Part shown: in pieces, positions 9,094 to 18,725 of the stretch | How the letters are laid out: every line of letters begins with the position of its first letter | Position numbering within the stretch: the stretch's first letter is position 1 | IMG/VR virus record: IMGVR_UViG_3300033076_001065 | Coordinates: 1 to 42,932 of that record | Direction: 5' to 3' (one strand) | DNA: 42,932 nt | Origin: a virus | Taxonomy: Duplodnaviria > Caudoviricetes | Made by a program: the position numbers and the translations under genes | Notes under the pieces: model-generated | Told to the model about the DNA's origin: nothing | Database searches by the model: none | Seen by the model: only the letters and a program-made list of their open reading frames with translations

Positions 9094-11699
9094 TACTTCT
9101 TCCCCCGGAGCCGCTGCATCAGGAACTCGATGCGCTTGCGGTCATGATCGATCTGCTGCTGCGCGGCGGCGAGCCCGGTGCCGAGGACCTTGGTGTACTT
9201 CGGCACGTCGATCACACCCCTTCCAGTCTCGTCGTGTTTCACGGCCGTCCGCGCGACGTCTGACTCCTCCATCCGCTGCGTCATTGGTCCGACGTTCACC
9301 TCATTCGGCGGCTGGCCGGCTTCGTCAGCGAATTCCGGCTTGTACGTGTATGCGCTACCGGCGAGAGAACGATTCGCCTTCGCCGCCTCCTCCGTCGAGA
9401 TGACCGGAAAGCGATCCTTTGTGCGCTCGTCGGACACCATCGCGCGCGCGCGACCGAACGCCTGCGATGCGTATCCAGGCTCCGCAGCCGGGGGAGCCGG
9501 CTCACGAGCTCCGGCCTCGTACTCCGCTTGGAGCTTCTTTCGGACGGCGTCCATGCGCGCCTCGAGCGTGTCGCCCTCCTTCACCTCGCGCTCGCGGGCG
9601 CCGTGCTGCGCGTGTGCCGGTACGTACTCGTCACCGTCCCACGAGCCGGCCTTGCTCAGTGCCTGCGACGCGTAGCGACTCTCGCGAGAGAACGTCGGAT
9701 GGTTTGGCTTCTTGAACTCGTCGGACCAGTGCCCGTCTGGGCCCGGCGTCAGGCCGGCCTTGAAGGCTCCGCGGAGATCGTAGTCGCCGCCCGAGTCGTT
9801 CGGCGCGTACTGCGCCTTCCACTGCTTGAACTTCGCCTCTTCCTCGGTCGACAGCGGCGTGTCGTAGTTCGCTTTCGCGCGACCCATCTCCGGGCCCTGG
9901 CGAGAGAAGCGCACGCCGTTCTGTCCGTGGGCGCCGCCGGGCTGCGCGCTGCGCGGGACGTAGTCCGGGATCTTGATCTTGCTCGGGTCGACGCCAGCAG
10001 CGATCTGATCCGCGTGGTTCACGCCGTCCTGAAACGCCGCTGCGAGCTTCGTGCGGTCGTCGCTCGGGAACGTCTGGATGCCCTGCGGACGCGCGAGCGC
10101 ACCCTGGACGCTGGACCCTGCGTCGAGCTGCGCGTTGGCGGCGTTCATGGCGCCGAAGGCCTGGCGCGACAGCGGGTTGGAGACGTCCGGCATGGGGTCG
10201 AGCGCCACCGGCTCTTTCATCTGCATGCCGCTCGGCTGCCGCATCATGTACGGCGTGAGGGTCGGCATCTGGAAGCGCGAGACCGCGTCTCGACGGCGCT
10301 GGCCGGCCATCTGACCGAGGGACGCGCCCAGCCCGCCGAGGGCCGCTGCGCCGCCCTTGCTGAGCCGCTCGGCCATCGTGAGCTTCTTGGGCTCCTCGCG
10401 CGCCGCGCGCTTCGCTTGCTTGTCGGCGGCGTCCGCGGCTTCCTGCTCTCGTCCGAGGCGCCCCTCGGCGGCGGTGGCGTCCTTCTCTTCGCGCCACGAC
10501 GTCACCGCGCCCGTGCGCTGCTTCGCGCGGAAGAGGCCAGCATCCTGCTCGTCGCGACGACGAAGCGCACCGACGGCGTCCCGGGCCGGGCCGGGGCCGA
10601 AGCCCTCGACGGCCATCGGCTGCGTCGCGCCCGCGTAGCTGTCGAGCGCACGATGCGCCTCGGCCTTCTTCGCCTCGAACCCGCTGTCCGGCACCGGGGC
10701 GGGCTCCTTGAGTCGCTCGTCGGAGAACATCGACGCCAGCCCGGCGAGCACCGAGGCGCCTGCGCCGATGCCGCCCATGACGTTGGCGTCCGAGCGCGCC
10801 TGCTTCGCTTGCTGGTTCTGGACGGCGGCCTGTTGCTGCCCCATCTTCACGGCCATCTTGTTGCCCTGGCCCTGCATCTGGGTCGTGTTCACGCCGATCT
10901 CGTTGCCGTACATGCCGGCCTCGCGCGCGTCGTTGCGTCCGCGCTGCGCGTCGTCGAAGCCCGCCTGCGCCACCGCGCGCCCGGCCGCTTGCCCCGCGCC
11001 CGCGAGATCTGCGCCCTGCTGCTGCGTGTCGCCCGCACGGATGCCGGCGTAGCCCGCGAGCGCGTTCTTCTCGGCGTCGGCGCGCTCCTGCGCCGTGTTC
11101 ACTTGCGCGTCGTTCGAGATGCGCTGCGTGAGCGCCGCCGAGTTGCCCGCGGCCGTCTGATTCGCAAGAGCCAGCGCGGCCGGACCTCGCGCGCTCGCTG
11201 CGATGCTGCTCTGGTCGGCGATGCCTCGGCCGATGTCGAGGTCTGCGCGCTGGCCCGCGATGCTCGGCACCTCGCCGCGCGCTCGCTTGGCCATGAGGTC
11301 CGCCATGGACATCGCTCGCCCGCGCGACTCGTAGCCGGCGAGCCGATCTTCAGCCGCGGCGGTGTCCCACTGGTTCGCGCGGCCGAAGTCGACCTGTACG
11401 CCGGGGCGGTTCTGCGACTCCTCGGCCTTGCGGCGGAAGTAGTCGGCGTCCTCCTGCGCCTTGCCCTTGCGACCGCCGTACTCGAACGCGGTCTCCATCT
11501 CCTTGGCCTTGTTCGGCTGCGTTCCGGCCATGATCTTCTGCCGGATCTCGCCGCGCATCTGCGAGCCAAGGACCTTGTCGTCGTAGAGCTTGCGCGCGTC
11601 GGCATCCATGCCGGCGTAGATCTGCGCCAGCGCCGCCTCTTCCTCAGGGCCCCAGCCTGCCGCCTGTGCGTCGTCGGGGCTCCAGTCACCGGTGTACAT
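9093..11699 (-). CDS. Virion/ejection protein with C-terminal peptidase S74-like chaperone domain
   Basis: 868 aa; C-terminus SDERTK...YTYK...GPMTQ...VIDV followed by coiled coil; two further SDxRxK motifs. Confidence 0.75.
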   Translation of the reverse strand: MYTGDWSPDDAQAAGWGPEEEAALAQIYAGMDADARKLYDDKVLGSQMRGEIRQKIMAGTQPNKAKEMETAFEYGGRKGKAQEDADYFRRKAEESQNRPGVQVDFGRANQWDTAAAEDRLAGYESRGRAMSMADLMAKRARGEVPSIAGQRADLDIGRGIADQSSIAASARGPAALALANQTAAGNSAALTQRISNDAQVNTAQERADAEKNALAGYAGIRAGDTQQQGADLAGAGQAAGRAVAQAGFDDAQRGRNDAREAGMYGNEIGVNTTQMQGQGNKMAVKMGQQQAAVQNQQAKQARSDANVMGGIGAGASVLAGLASMFSDERLKEPAPVPDSGFEAKKAEAHRALDSYAGATQPMAVEGFGPGPARDAVGALRRRDEQDAGLFRAKQRTGAVTSWREEKDATAAEGRLGREQEAADAADKQAKRAAREEPKKLTMAERLSKGGAAALGGLGASLGQMAGQRRRDAVSRFQMPTLTPYMMRQPSGMQMKEPVALDPMPDVSNPLSRQAFGAMNAANAQLDAGSSVQGALARPQGIQTFPSDDRTKLAAAFQDGVNHADQIAAGVDPSKIKIPDYVPRSAQPGGAHGQNGVRFSRQGPEMGRAKANYDTPLSTEEEAKFKQWKAQYAPNDSGGDYDLRGAFKAGLTPGPDGHWSDEFKKPNHPTFSRESRYASQALSKAGSWDGDEYVPAHAQHGAREREVKEGDTLEARMDAVRKKLQAEYEAGAREPAPPAAEPGYASQAFGRARAMVSDERTKDRFPVISTEEAAKANRSLAGSAYTYKPEFADEAGQPPNEVNVGPMTQRMEESDVARTAVKHDETGRGVIDVPKYTKVLGTGLAAAQQQIDHDRKRIEFLMQRLRGKK

Positions 11700-11702
11700 G
11701 CC

Positions 11703-14700
11703 TTACCTCGCGATCGGCGGCAGCTCGGCTGCGCCCTCTTTGGGGGTCCCTTCGACGGTCATCGCCACCCACGTGGCGCCCTGTCCCGTGCCGACCGTGC
11801 CGCCCGTCGGCGTGGCGTCCTCGAGCTTGATGCGCATCGACTGCCCCTCGGAGTCGACATGGAGCGGGAATTCGATCTGCTGCGCCGGCCATGACGCGGT
11901 CAGCGTCGCGATCGACGCGCGCGTCCACGTGACGACGGACTTGTACGACGTCGAGTAGTCGTACGCGGCGTACACGTTGAGGTTGTGATCGGTCGCGTAC
12001 CGCGCGAACACCTGCAAGCGATCGAGCAGCTGCCGCGACTGCAGGCCGGCGAGCTTGAACCAGCCCGTCTCGACGCGCATCGTCACCCACGTACTGCCGG
12101 GGTCGAGGTACGTCGTGCGGTCCTCGACGTAGACGCGTCCGTCGGTGCCGAGCCACGCGTAGCGGTACGCGGAGCCCGTGTAGATCATCGCGGCCGACTG
12201 CGCGGGGCTGTCGGCGGTGCCCGCGGCGTTCGCGCGTCGGTCCACGCTGGTCCACTTCTTCAGCGACAGGTCGTAGACGAGCGTGCGTCCGCTGCCGCTC
12301 ACGACGTTCGCCGACTCTGCCGCCGCGCACTCGATGAGCACGCATGACGAGTCGGCATCGAACGTGGCCGCCGTGACGATCGGGTAGCTCTCCAGCGTCG
12401 ACTGGACGGCCTCGCCGATCCATTCGACAGTGCGCGCGCGCGTCAGAATCTCGATGCCGCGCTCCGATTGGAAGAACGTGCCCATGGCCGTGACGCACAC
12501 GCTGCGCGGCTCGATGCACCCCACGTCGGCGCTGAGCTTCTGCGGCGCACCGAACCCGCCCACGGCCCCGTTGTCGCTCGGGGGCTCCCCGCCGATGGCG
12601 TAGACCGCACGCCGCGTGAACGCGACGAGGACGCCATCCTGCGACGCGAGGCCGGTGACCGCTTCCGGGAGCGGGACCGAAAAGATCGGATTGAACCACA
12701 TCCCTTCGCCGGAGATGGGCTGCCCCGAGTACCAGACCTCGTTGTCCGCTGCGCCGACGAGCATCCCGGCGAATTCGCAGACGATGCTGAAGCCGGGCGG
12801 CGGGCGGTGGTCCTGCGCCGTGCCGACCACGCCAGGCTGCGAATACAGCTTCGCCTGCGTGGCCAGGGACGCATCTGTGACCGCGTCGGCGAACGTCACC
12901 GCGCTCGCGGTCGGGTCCACGATCGTCGTGCCGAGGCGGTAGTACGGCGCCTCTCCACCAGTCGTCGTGCGCCACCATGCGACCCGCACCGCGGTTGCCG
13001 ACGCGCCCGCCGAAACGAATCGGCCTGACACGGTCAGCGGGGCGGTCGACCACGTGATGGTCTTGTTCGTGACCGTCACCGCATCGCTCGGGGTGCTCAC
13101 GCCGCTCTGGTGCCAGTTGCCGTCCGCGTCGACCTCCTCGTACGTGGCGACCACTCGGAACGTGCCTGTGATGCCGGTCCCGGCGTTCGTCTGCGTCGGC
13201 TTCGGGGGACGGAACAGAAACGACGACTCGGCTACGCGCGTTCCGTCGATGCATTGCAGGACGCCGCCGGCCATGTACGTGCTGTTGCCGACCGTCGCCG
13301 TCCCGAACCGGCGCGACGAGCCGAAGTCGAGCTCCACGAGCGCGGAGCCATCCGCAACGCCGGAGCGACGCACGGTCATCGGCGCGTAGCGGATGCTCGA
13401 CGATGCACCTGTGACCGTCGTGCGCTTGCCGACGAGGTCGACCGTACACAACCCAGGCGCGGCCACCGCGACGGGACGCAGATACGGAACGTCGTCGGTG
13501 AAGTCTACGAAGACGATCTGATTCTGCAGGTTCGACGTATCCGCGCCGAAGACGGGAATGAAGCAACGCGGACGCGAGCCCGTGCCGCTGAACGGACGCC
13601 CGGCGCCAGAGACCGCGTACACGGTCGTCGCGGTGCCGTAGCCCGTCGTCACGCCGCCGTCGGGCGCGAAGGAACGCATGTGGCTCTGCATCGTCGCGGA
13701 CGACGAATTGACGAACATGCGCGCTGTCTGCGCGGTCCCGTTGAATGGGGCCACGATGCCGATGAGCTGCACTCCGCTCGTAGCAGTCAGCACCGTGCCG
13801 ACCGTTCCGTACGGCGTCGCCGTGATCGCAGTCGGCTGGTAGCCGATGGCCTTCACCGCCGTGCCCTCGTTCCAGGCCGCCCACAGCACGTCCGACGTCG
13901 AGCCGGCCACGTCGACCGCATCTGGAGACGTTGACGAAGTGTCGATGGTCTGCGTTTCGAGAACGCCTGTCGTGTCGAATGTCGTGAGCGTCGCGCGCGA
14001 TGCGCCTCCCGACGTGTTCGTATAGATGAGCGCGCAGCGCGTGCCGAGCGACGCCACGGAGTAGCGGTTGTTGCCGCCAAAGTCGGCGGCGAAGTCGGTC
14101 ATCGCGGTCCACCCCGTGGTGATGGCCGACGCCAACGACGTGCCCATGTACCACGCCTTGATTGCGCCTGTGCCGGAGTCGGCCCGTACGAGTATGAACG
14201 TCGTCCCCACTGCCGTCAGGACGCCCGGAAACCCCGTAGTGAGGGAGCCCACCTTCGTCGGCGGGCTCACGATCGCGCCGGTCGCCACGTGCATGACGGC
14301 GGCGTACAGGTCGACGTTGGACGCGAGCGAGGTGTACCAGGTCATCGCGACGTAGCCGTTCACGTAGGCGACGTCCTGCAGGTACGACGTCTTCGACATC
14401 GACGGCATGTCGATGAGACGAACGGTGCACTCCGACGGGTAGCTGTTGAGGAGCGACCACTTGCTGAGCGCCGAGGCGTAGGCCCGGAGCTCGTAAAATC
14501 CGCCTTGCGCGTGCTGTCCGACACGCATGATCGTGTCACGGTCGGCGAACACCTTGTGGACCGACGAGGAGTTGTACGAGACCTCCATCGAGTCGATGCC
14601 GAGCGCCGAGAACGCGTACCGCTTGCCGAACCCGCCGCGCTGCCGCTGGCGTACGTTCTCCGCCACGACGAACGACGCCGTCGGATCGACGAGCTCCTGC

Positions 14701-14750
14701 CGGAGCGACTCGTCGACGCCGCCCGAGAAGGGAAGCTCTACGAGCGGCAT
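11703..14750 (-). CDS. Tail nozzle / tubular protein B (P22 gp10 / T7 gp12-like)
   Basis: Starts MPLVELPFSGGVD...ENVR...GGFGKR; beta-rich; VGCIEPRSV motif; about 1015 aa. Confidence 0.75.
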   Translation of the reverse strand: MPLVELPFSGGVDESLRQELVDPTASFVVAENVRQRQRGGFGKRYAFSALGIDSMEVSYNSSSVHKVFADRDTIMRVGQHAQGGFYELRAYASALSKWSLLNSYPSECTVRLIDMPSMSKTSYLQDVAYVNGYVAMTWYTSLASNVDLYAAVMHVATGAIVSPPTKVGSLTTGFPGVLTAVGTTFILVRADSGTGAIKAWYMGTSLASAITTGWTAMTDFAADFGGNNRYSVASLGTRCALIYTNTSGGASRATLTTFDTTGVLETQTIDTSSTSPDAVDVAGSTSDVLWAAWNEGTAVKAIGYQPTAITATPYGTVGTVLTATSGVQLIGIVAPFNGTAQTARMFVNSSSATMQSHMRSFAPDGGVTTGYGTATTVYAVSGAGRPFSGTGSRPRCFIPVFGADTSNLQNQIVFVDFTDDVPYLRPVAVAAPGLCTVDLVGKRTTVTGASSSIRYAPMTVRRSGVADGSALVELDFGSSRRFGTATVGNSTYMAGGVLQCIDGTRVAESSFLFRPPKPTQTNAGTGITGTFRVVATYEEVDADGNWHQSGVSTPSDAVTVTNKTITWSTAPLTVSGRFVSAGASATAVRVAWWRTTTGGEAPYYRLGTTIVDPTASAVTFADAVTDASLATQAKLYSQPGVVGTAQDHRPPPGFSIVCEFAGMLVGAADNEVWYSGQPISGEGMWFNPIFSVPLPEAVTGLASQDGVLVAFTRRAVYAIGGEPPSDNGAVGGFGAPQKLSADVGCIEPRSVCVTAMGTFFQSERGIEILTRARTVEWIGEAVQSTLESYPIVTAATFDADSSCVLIECAAAESANVVSGSGRTLVYDLSLKKWTSVDRRANAAGTADSPAQSAAMIYTGSAYRYAWLGTDGRVYVEDRTTYLDPGSTWVTMRVETGWFKLAGLQSRQLLDRLQVFARYATDHNLNVYAAYDYSTSYKSVVTWTRASIATLTASWPAQQIEFPLHVDSEGQSMRIKLEDATPTGGTVGTGQGATWVAMTVEGTPKEGAAELPPIAR

Positions 14751-15577
14751 CAGCCGGCCTCCTCGACGCAGATCGTCGCCTTGCCCGCGACGTACGTAGC
14801 GGCGCCCGCGCGCATGCGCTGCGCCCGGAGGCACGCCAGCGACCGGAGCGTGGTCGTGTCGCCCGCGGTGTTGCTGGCGAGCTGGATCGTCACGCTGCCC
14901 GCCGTCGAGCCGATGAGCAGGCGCGCGTTGATGTAGTCGTCGCGCTCGTTTGCCGCGACCGTGTGCACGGCGCTCGTGAGCGTGTTGACGGCCGTGATCT
15001 GGACCTTCGCGTCGGTGGTGGCCGACCCGAGCGACGAATCCAGGATGCCGTCGATGGTGGTGCCCGACGGCGCGCCGATGGCGTACTTCACGCCGTTGAG
15101 CGTGTCGCACCCGGCGAAGCCCCAGAACTCGACCAGCCAGTACTCGCCCGCACGGACCGGGAACGTGAGCACCGTGCTCGTCGCGGTCGCGGCGGTCGTC
15201 GTGAACGTGCTCGGCAGGTAGAGGAGCACCGGCTCGTACGCGTCCAGCACGAGCGTGTCGTTGTCCGTCGACGAACTCGTGGCGAGCACAGGGGGCAGGC
15301 CGCCCGCCGCCGACCACGCGCCGATCGAGTAGCGCACGCGCCCGCCGAACCCGTGGGCCAGCATGACGGACTTGGACGACGAGATCTCGACGTCCTCGAA
15401 ATCGATGCGCTCGCGCACGAATTGCCGCTTCAGGCCGGCGATCTCCCGGATCACCCGCGTCAAGATCTTGGCGAGCTTCGACGGCTCCTGCACATCGTCC
15501 TCGGTGACGATCGCGTCGGGTGCGGCCTTGCCGTCGAGCGGACGGACGGTGCCGTCCGATTCGATTGCCGCCGTCAT
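14750..15577 (-). CDS. Hypothetical tail-associated protein
   Basis: About 275 aa, beta-rich C-terminal half, coupled to both neighbours. Confidence 0.7.
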   Translation of the reverse strand: MTAAIESDGTVRPLDGKAAPDAIVTEDDVQEPSKLAKILTRVIREIAGLKRQFVRERIDFEDVEISSSKSVMLAHGFGGRVRYSIGAWSAAGGLPPVLATSSSTDNDTLVLDAYEPVLLYLPSTFTTTAATATSTVLTFPVRAGEYWLVEFWGFAGCDTLNGVKYAIGAPSGTTIDGILDSSLGSATTDAKVQITAVNTLTSAVHTVAANERDDYINARLLIGSTAGSVTIQLASNTAGDTTTLRSLACLRAQRMRAGAATYVAGKATICVEEAG

Positions 15578-16269
15578 CGGTGCCACCGCCTACGGCCCCA
15601 GCGGTCCGCACGGGTCTCGTCGACGATGCGCGCGGGGCTGTTCTGGTCGCGCTTGCGGGCGACCACCTGCACTTCCTCGCGGTACTCCTTGATCAACGCG
15701 TCGCAAATCTGCATCCGCTTCATGTCGCCGGCCTTGATGGCGACGAGGCGCGCGGCGTACGGGACGAGGTAGTCGTCGAGCCGGCAGATCGTGTCGTAGG
15801 TGTCGCTGTCCGCCGTGAGCTGCGTCGTCGCCGGCTGGAACCAGAGCGTGACGGTGTAGACCCCCGCCGGGGTCGGCAGGAGCTCGATGTTGCTGCCGCG
15901 CAGGCGGTAGGTGAACGGGATCCCCGTGAAGGTCGTATCCGCGCTGGTCAGCGCCGGACGCTCGTGCATCTCGTACGCTTCCAGCCACGACGTGTGGCCG
16001 TTCGCGGTCGCCGACACGCTGATCAGCGACTGGAACGTGGCCCCAAGCGCGTACAGGCTCGTTCCGCTCACCGTCGAGATGCTTTGCGAAGACAACAGCC
16101 GCTGGTCGGGGATGGCGTCCGTAAGGATGCGCTCGAGCGCCCCGAGCGCGCGGTTGATGTAGTCGTTGAGGTCGGTGTTCGGGTGCTTGACGAGCGCAGA
16201 CGTGCCCTCGACGTTCGCCGTGCGGCGGACGTTGTCGCGGATCTCGTCACGACGCTGCGTCAGGGACAC
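15574..16269 (-). CDS. Head-tail adaptor (tubular protein A-like)
   Basis: DLNDYINRAL...SGTSLYAL...IELLPTP...YLVPYAA pattern of podovirus adaptors. Confidence 0.75.
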   Translation of the reverse strand: MSLTQRRDEIRDNVRRTANVEGTSALVKHPNTDLNDYINRALGALERILTDAIPDQRLLSSQSISTVSGTSLYALGATFQSLISVSATANGHTSWLEAYEMHERPALTSADTTFTGIPFTYRLRGSNIELLPTPAGVYTVTLWFQPATTQLTADSDTYDTICRLDDYLVPYAARLVAIKAGDMKRMQICDALIKEYREEVQVVARKRDQNSPARIVDETRADRWGRRRWHR

Positions 16270-16278
16270 CCGTGCACC

Positions 16279-16473
16279 TCACTTCTCGGAGCGCATGTAT
16301 GCGCAGAGCGCATCGACCATCGCGTTCCAGTCGCCGTCTTTCGCGGCGTCCTTCGCGATCTGCTTGTAGTCGTCGCCCACGTCGGGCTCGGAATCGGGCT
16401 CGGCCCCCTCCATCCTTTCGGACTTCGGGGGCTCACCCTTTCCCGGCTTTAGGGCCAGGAGTAGGCCCTTCAT
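16279..16473 (-). CDS. Small hypothetical protein
   Basis: 64 aa, ATGA-coupled. Confidence 0.6.
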   Translation of the reverse strand: MKGLLLALKPGKGEPPKSERMEGAEPDSEPDVGDDYKQIAKDAAKDGDWNAMVDALCAYMRSEK

Positions 16474-16886
16474 GCCGACGTGCTACCCGTGAACTTGTCG
16501 TTCAGCGTGTTGCAGACGACGCCGATGCGCAGATAGACGATGTCGCCATCGGCCGGCACCGTCGCCGTTCCTGCGCTGTTCGTGCTCACGGACGTCAGGA
16601 CCACCGACGCGTCGCTGTTGGCGACGTTGTCGGTCGTGATCTGCATCTCGAGGGGATCGGCGCCCGTCGCCTTCTTCCACCCTTGCGAGAACGAGCTCAC
16701 GCGGGTGTAGGGCTTCGGGAACGTGACTTCCCACGTGGTGTTCGTGAGCTTGGTGAAGGTGGCGTCCTTGGAGTAGTACGACGCGTTGCCGTCAGACCCC
16801 GAGAACGTCGCCGCGATCGTGTACTCGTGCTCTTCGTACACGTTGGTGAGGCCACCGCTCTGGCCCGGGAGTACCGGCTCGGTCAT
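16470..16886 (-). CDS. Hypothetical structural protein
   Basis: 138 aa, Thr/Ser-rich beta protein downstream of the capsid gene. Confidence 0.7.
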   Translation of the reverse strand: MTEPVLPGQSGGLTNVYEEHEYTIAATFSGSDGNASYYSKDATFTKLTNTTWEVTFPKPYTRVSSFSQGWKKATGADPLEMQITTDNVANSDASVVLTSVSTNSAGTATVPADGDIVYLRIGVVCNTLNDKFTGSTSA

Positions 16887-16889
16887 GGC

Positions 16890-17387
16890 TCAGATCTCCT
16901 CGGCGTCCATCGAGAGCGACGTGACGTTGCAGACCACGCCGTTGGCCACCTTCGTCACCGAGTAGGTGACGGTGTCGCCGACTGCGAGGGTTGCGTTGTC
17001 CACGTTCGTCGTGACGGAGAACGCGAAAGGAGCCCAGGCCGTGATGGTGCCCTGCGCCGAGTTGTGGGTGTTGTACGTCGCGACGGTGACCGCCGCTCCG
17101 CCCGCGGTGCGCTTGGCGATCGTGAACACGAGGTAGTCGGTCGTGTTCTGGGTCGCCGTGGCGCCGACGCAGCCGCTGAACGTCTTCACGAGCGACTTGC
17201 GCCGGATCGTGAAGAGCGGAGCTTCGGCCGCGTTGCTGTTCGCGAGCTCGCTGGTGGCCTTGAGGCCGTGGTGCGTGCGGCTGTTGATGTCGACGGTGAC
17301 CACCTGCGAGCTGTTCGCGTTCGCGAGTGGGTACGCGGCGACGACGCCCGCCTGCCGGTCTTTGACGATCTGCCTATCGGTTGCCAT
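16890..17387 (-). CDS. Putative capsid decoration protein
   Basis: 165 aa, beta-rich, directly after the major capsid gene; GGAG RBS. Confidence 0.6.
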   Translation of the reverse strand: MATDRQIVKDRQAGVVAAYPLANANSSQVVTVDINSRTHHGLKATSELANSNAAEAPLFTIRRKSLVKTFSGCVGATATQNTTDYLVFTIAKRTAGGAAVTVATYNTHNSAQGTITAWAPFAFSVTTNVDNATLAVGDTVTYSVTKVANGVVCNVTSLSMDAEEI

Positions 17388-17402
17388 GTGTCAGTTCTCC
17401 GG

Positions 17403-18683
17403 TCAGGCCGTGACGGCAACGCGAACGTTGCTCCACGGGTCGTTGCAGTAGAGGGCCATGTCGCCGACCGCCCGGATCTCGCGCGCATCCGCGGAGTCCT
17501 CGAGCATCGGCGCGTCGGGCGTCGCGTCGTCGTCCCAGTGGATGAGGTCACCGGTAGACGCGAGCGTGAACGAGTCGAGGTTGAGCAGACGCTCGACGTT
17601 GTCGGGCGCCCACGGATCCGCGACCACTTCGATGGGGCCGCCTGCTCCGATGAGCTTGATCGCGTCGTACTCGACGCCGACCTTGAGCGAGCCGACCGGC
17701 GCGCTGGGCGCCTTCTGCATGACGAGCGCGTTCGCGTTCGACAGCTCGTTGTAGAGGTTCACCCACTGGCGGGTGGACATCACGTAGACGAGCCGCCCGT
17801 CCGAGGAGCCGGTGTCGGCCTGGACCTGCGACGCGTTCATGATGCGCTGCCGCGGGGAGATCGTCGTCGCGCTGATCACGTTGCCCGCGAGCTGGTCGGG
17901 GGCGTTCGTGCGCGTGACGCCGAGGAACGTCGACGGCGATCCCGCGTGGCTCGGGAGCCACGCGTCGAGGCCGTAGAGCACGCCGTCACCGCCCGCACCG
18001 GAGCCGACGGCGCCCGCGCGGAAGAGGTACGACGTGGTCGTGAGGCCCGAGATGGCGCCGCTCCACGTGGCCTCGTTGATCGTGATGGTCGGCGCGGTGG
18101 CGGTGCCTCCGACGCTGGCCACGGTGACGTAGCCCGGCAGGATCGACCCGCTCGTGCCGTCCGCGGTCGACGCCTGCAGCGTCATGCCCTTGACGATGCG
18201 GCGCTTGTCGGCCGCCGTGTCGAGCGCGACGGTCTGCGAAGCGAGCGTCGACGTCGACGCGATGCGACCGAGCGCACCTCCGCCGTTGCCGTGGATGAAC
18301 GACGAGAGGTCGTTCTTGATCTGCTTCATGAGGCCCTTGGAGTCGCGCCCCATGGGGTCGACGAGCAGGCCCTTGTTCCCGGTGTACTTGTACCGGCGGT
18401 ACAGGTCACCCGCGATCGAGAACGACCCGTAGTAGGTCGTGGTCTGGACCTGGAACTCCTCGGCGGTCGAGGCGGTCTTGTTCGCCTTCGCCTGACCGAA
18501 GTTGGCGCCGATGCCCTGCGGGGGGCTCGTGCCGACGGAGATGTAACGGATCTTCTCGCCGAAGGACGTGTCCTTCTTGATCATGCCGAGCAGGGGGGAG
18601 CCCTTGTAGATCTGCTCGACGATCGCTTCCCTCGGCCAGAGGTTGCGAATCATCTTGTAGACAGACATCTGTGCAGCAGCCAT
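17403..18683 (-). CDS. Major capsid protein
   Basis: 426 aa, follows scaffold; SPLLGMIKK, FIHGNGGGALG and IEVVADPWAP patterns typical of P22-like coat proteins. Confidence 0.85.
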   Translation of the reverse strand: MAAAQMSVYKMIRNLWPREAIVEQIYKGSPLLGMIKKDTSFGEKIRYISVGTSPPQGIGANFGQAKANKTASTAEEFQVQTTTYYGSFSIAGDLYRRYKYTGNKGLLVDPMGRDSKGLMKQIKNDLSSFIHGNGGGALGRIASTSTLASQTVALDTAADKRRIVKGMTLQASTADGTSGSILPGYVTVASVGGTATAPTITINEATWSGAISGLTTTSYLFRAGAVGSGAGGDGVLYGLDAWLPSHAGSPSTFLGVTRTNAPDQLAGNVISATTISPRQRIMNASQVQADTGSSDGRLVYVMSTRQWVNLYNELSNANALVMQKAPSAPVGSLKVGVEYDAIKLIGAGGPIEVVADPWAPDNVERLLNLDSFTLASTGDLIHWDDDATPDAPMLEDSADAREIRAVGDMALYCNDPWSNVRVAVTA

Positions 18684-18725
18684 CTCGAACCTCGCGGCTC
18701 GCGACTCGGCTCACACGCGCGGTCG

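Noticed and set aside
11686-14460. 924-aa alternate-frame ORF over the nozzle gene
   Set aside because: Arg/Gly-rich off-frame product of GC3 bias.
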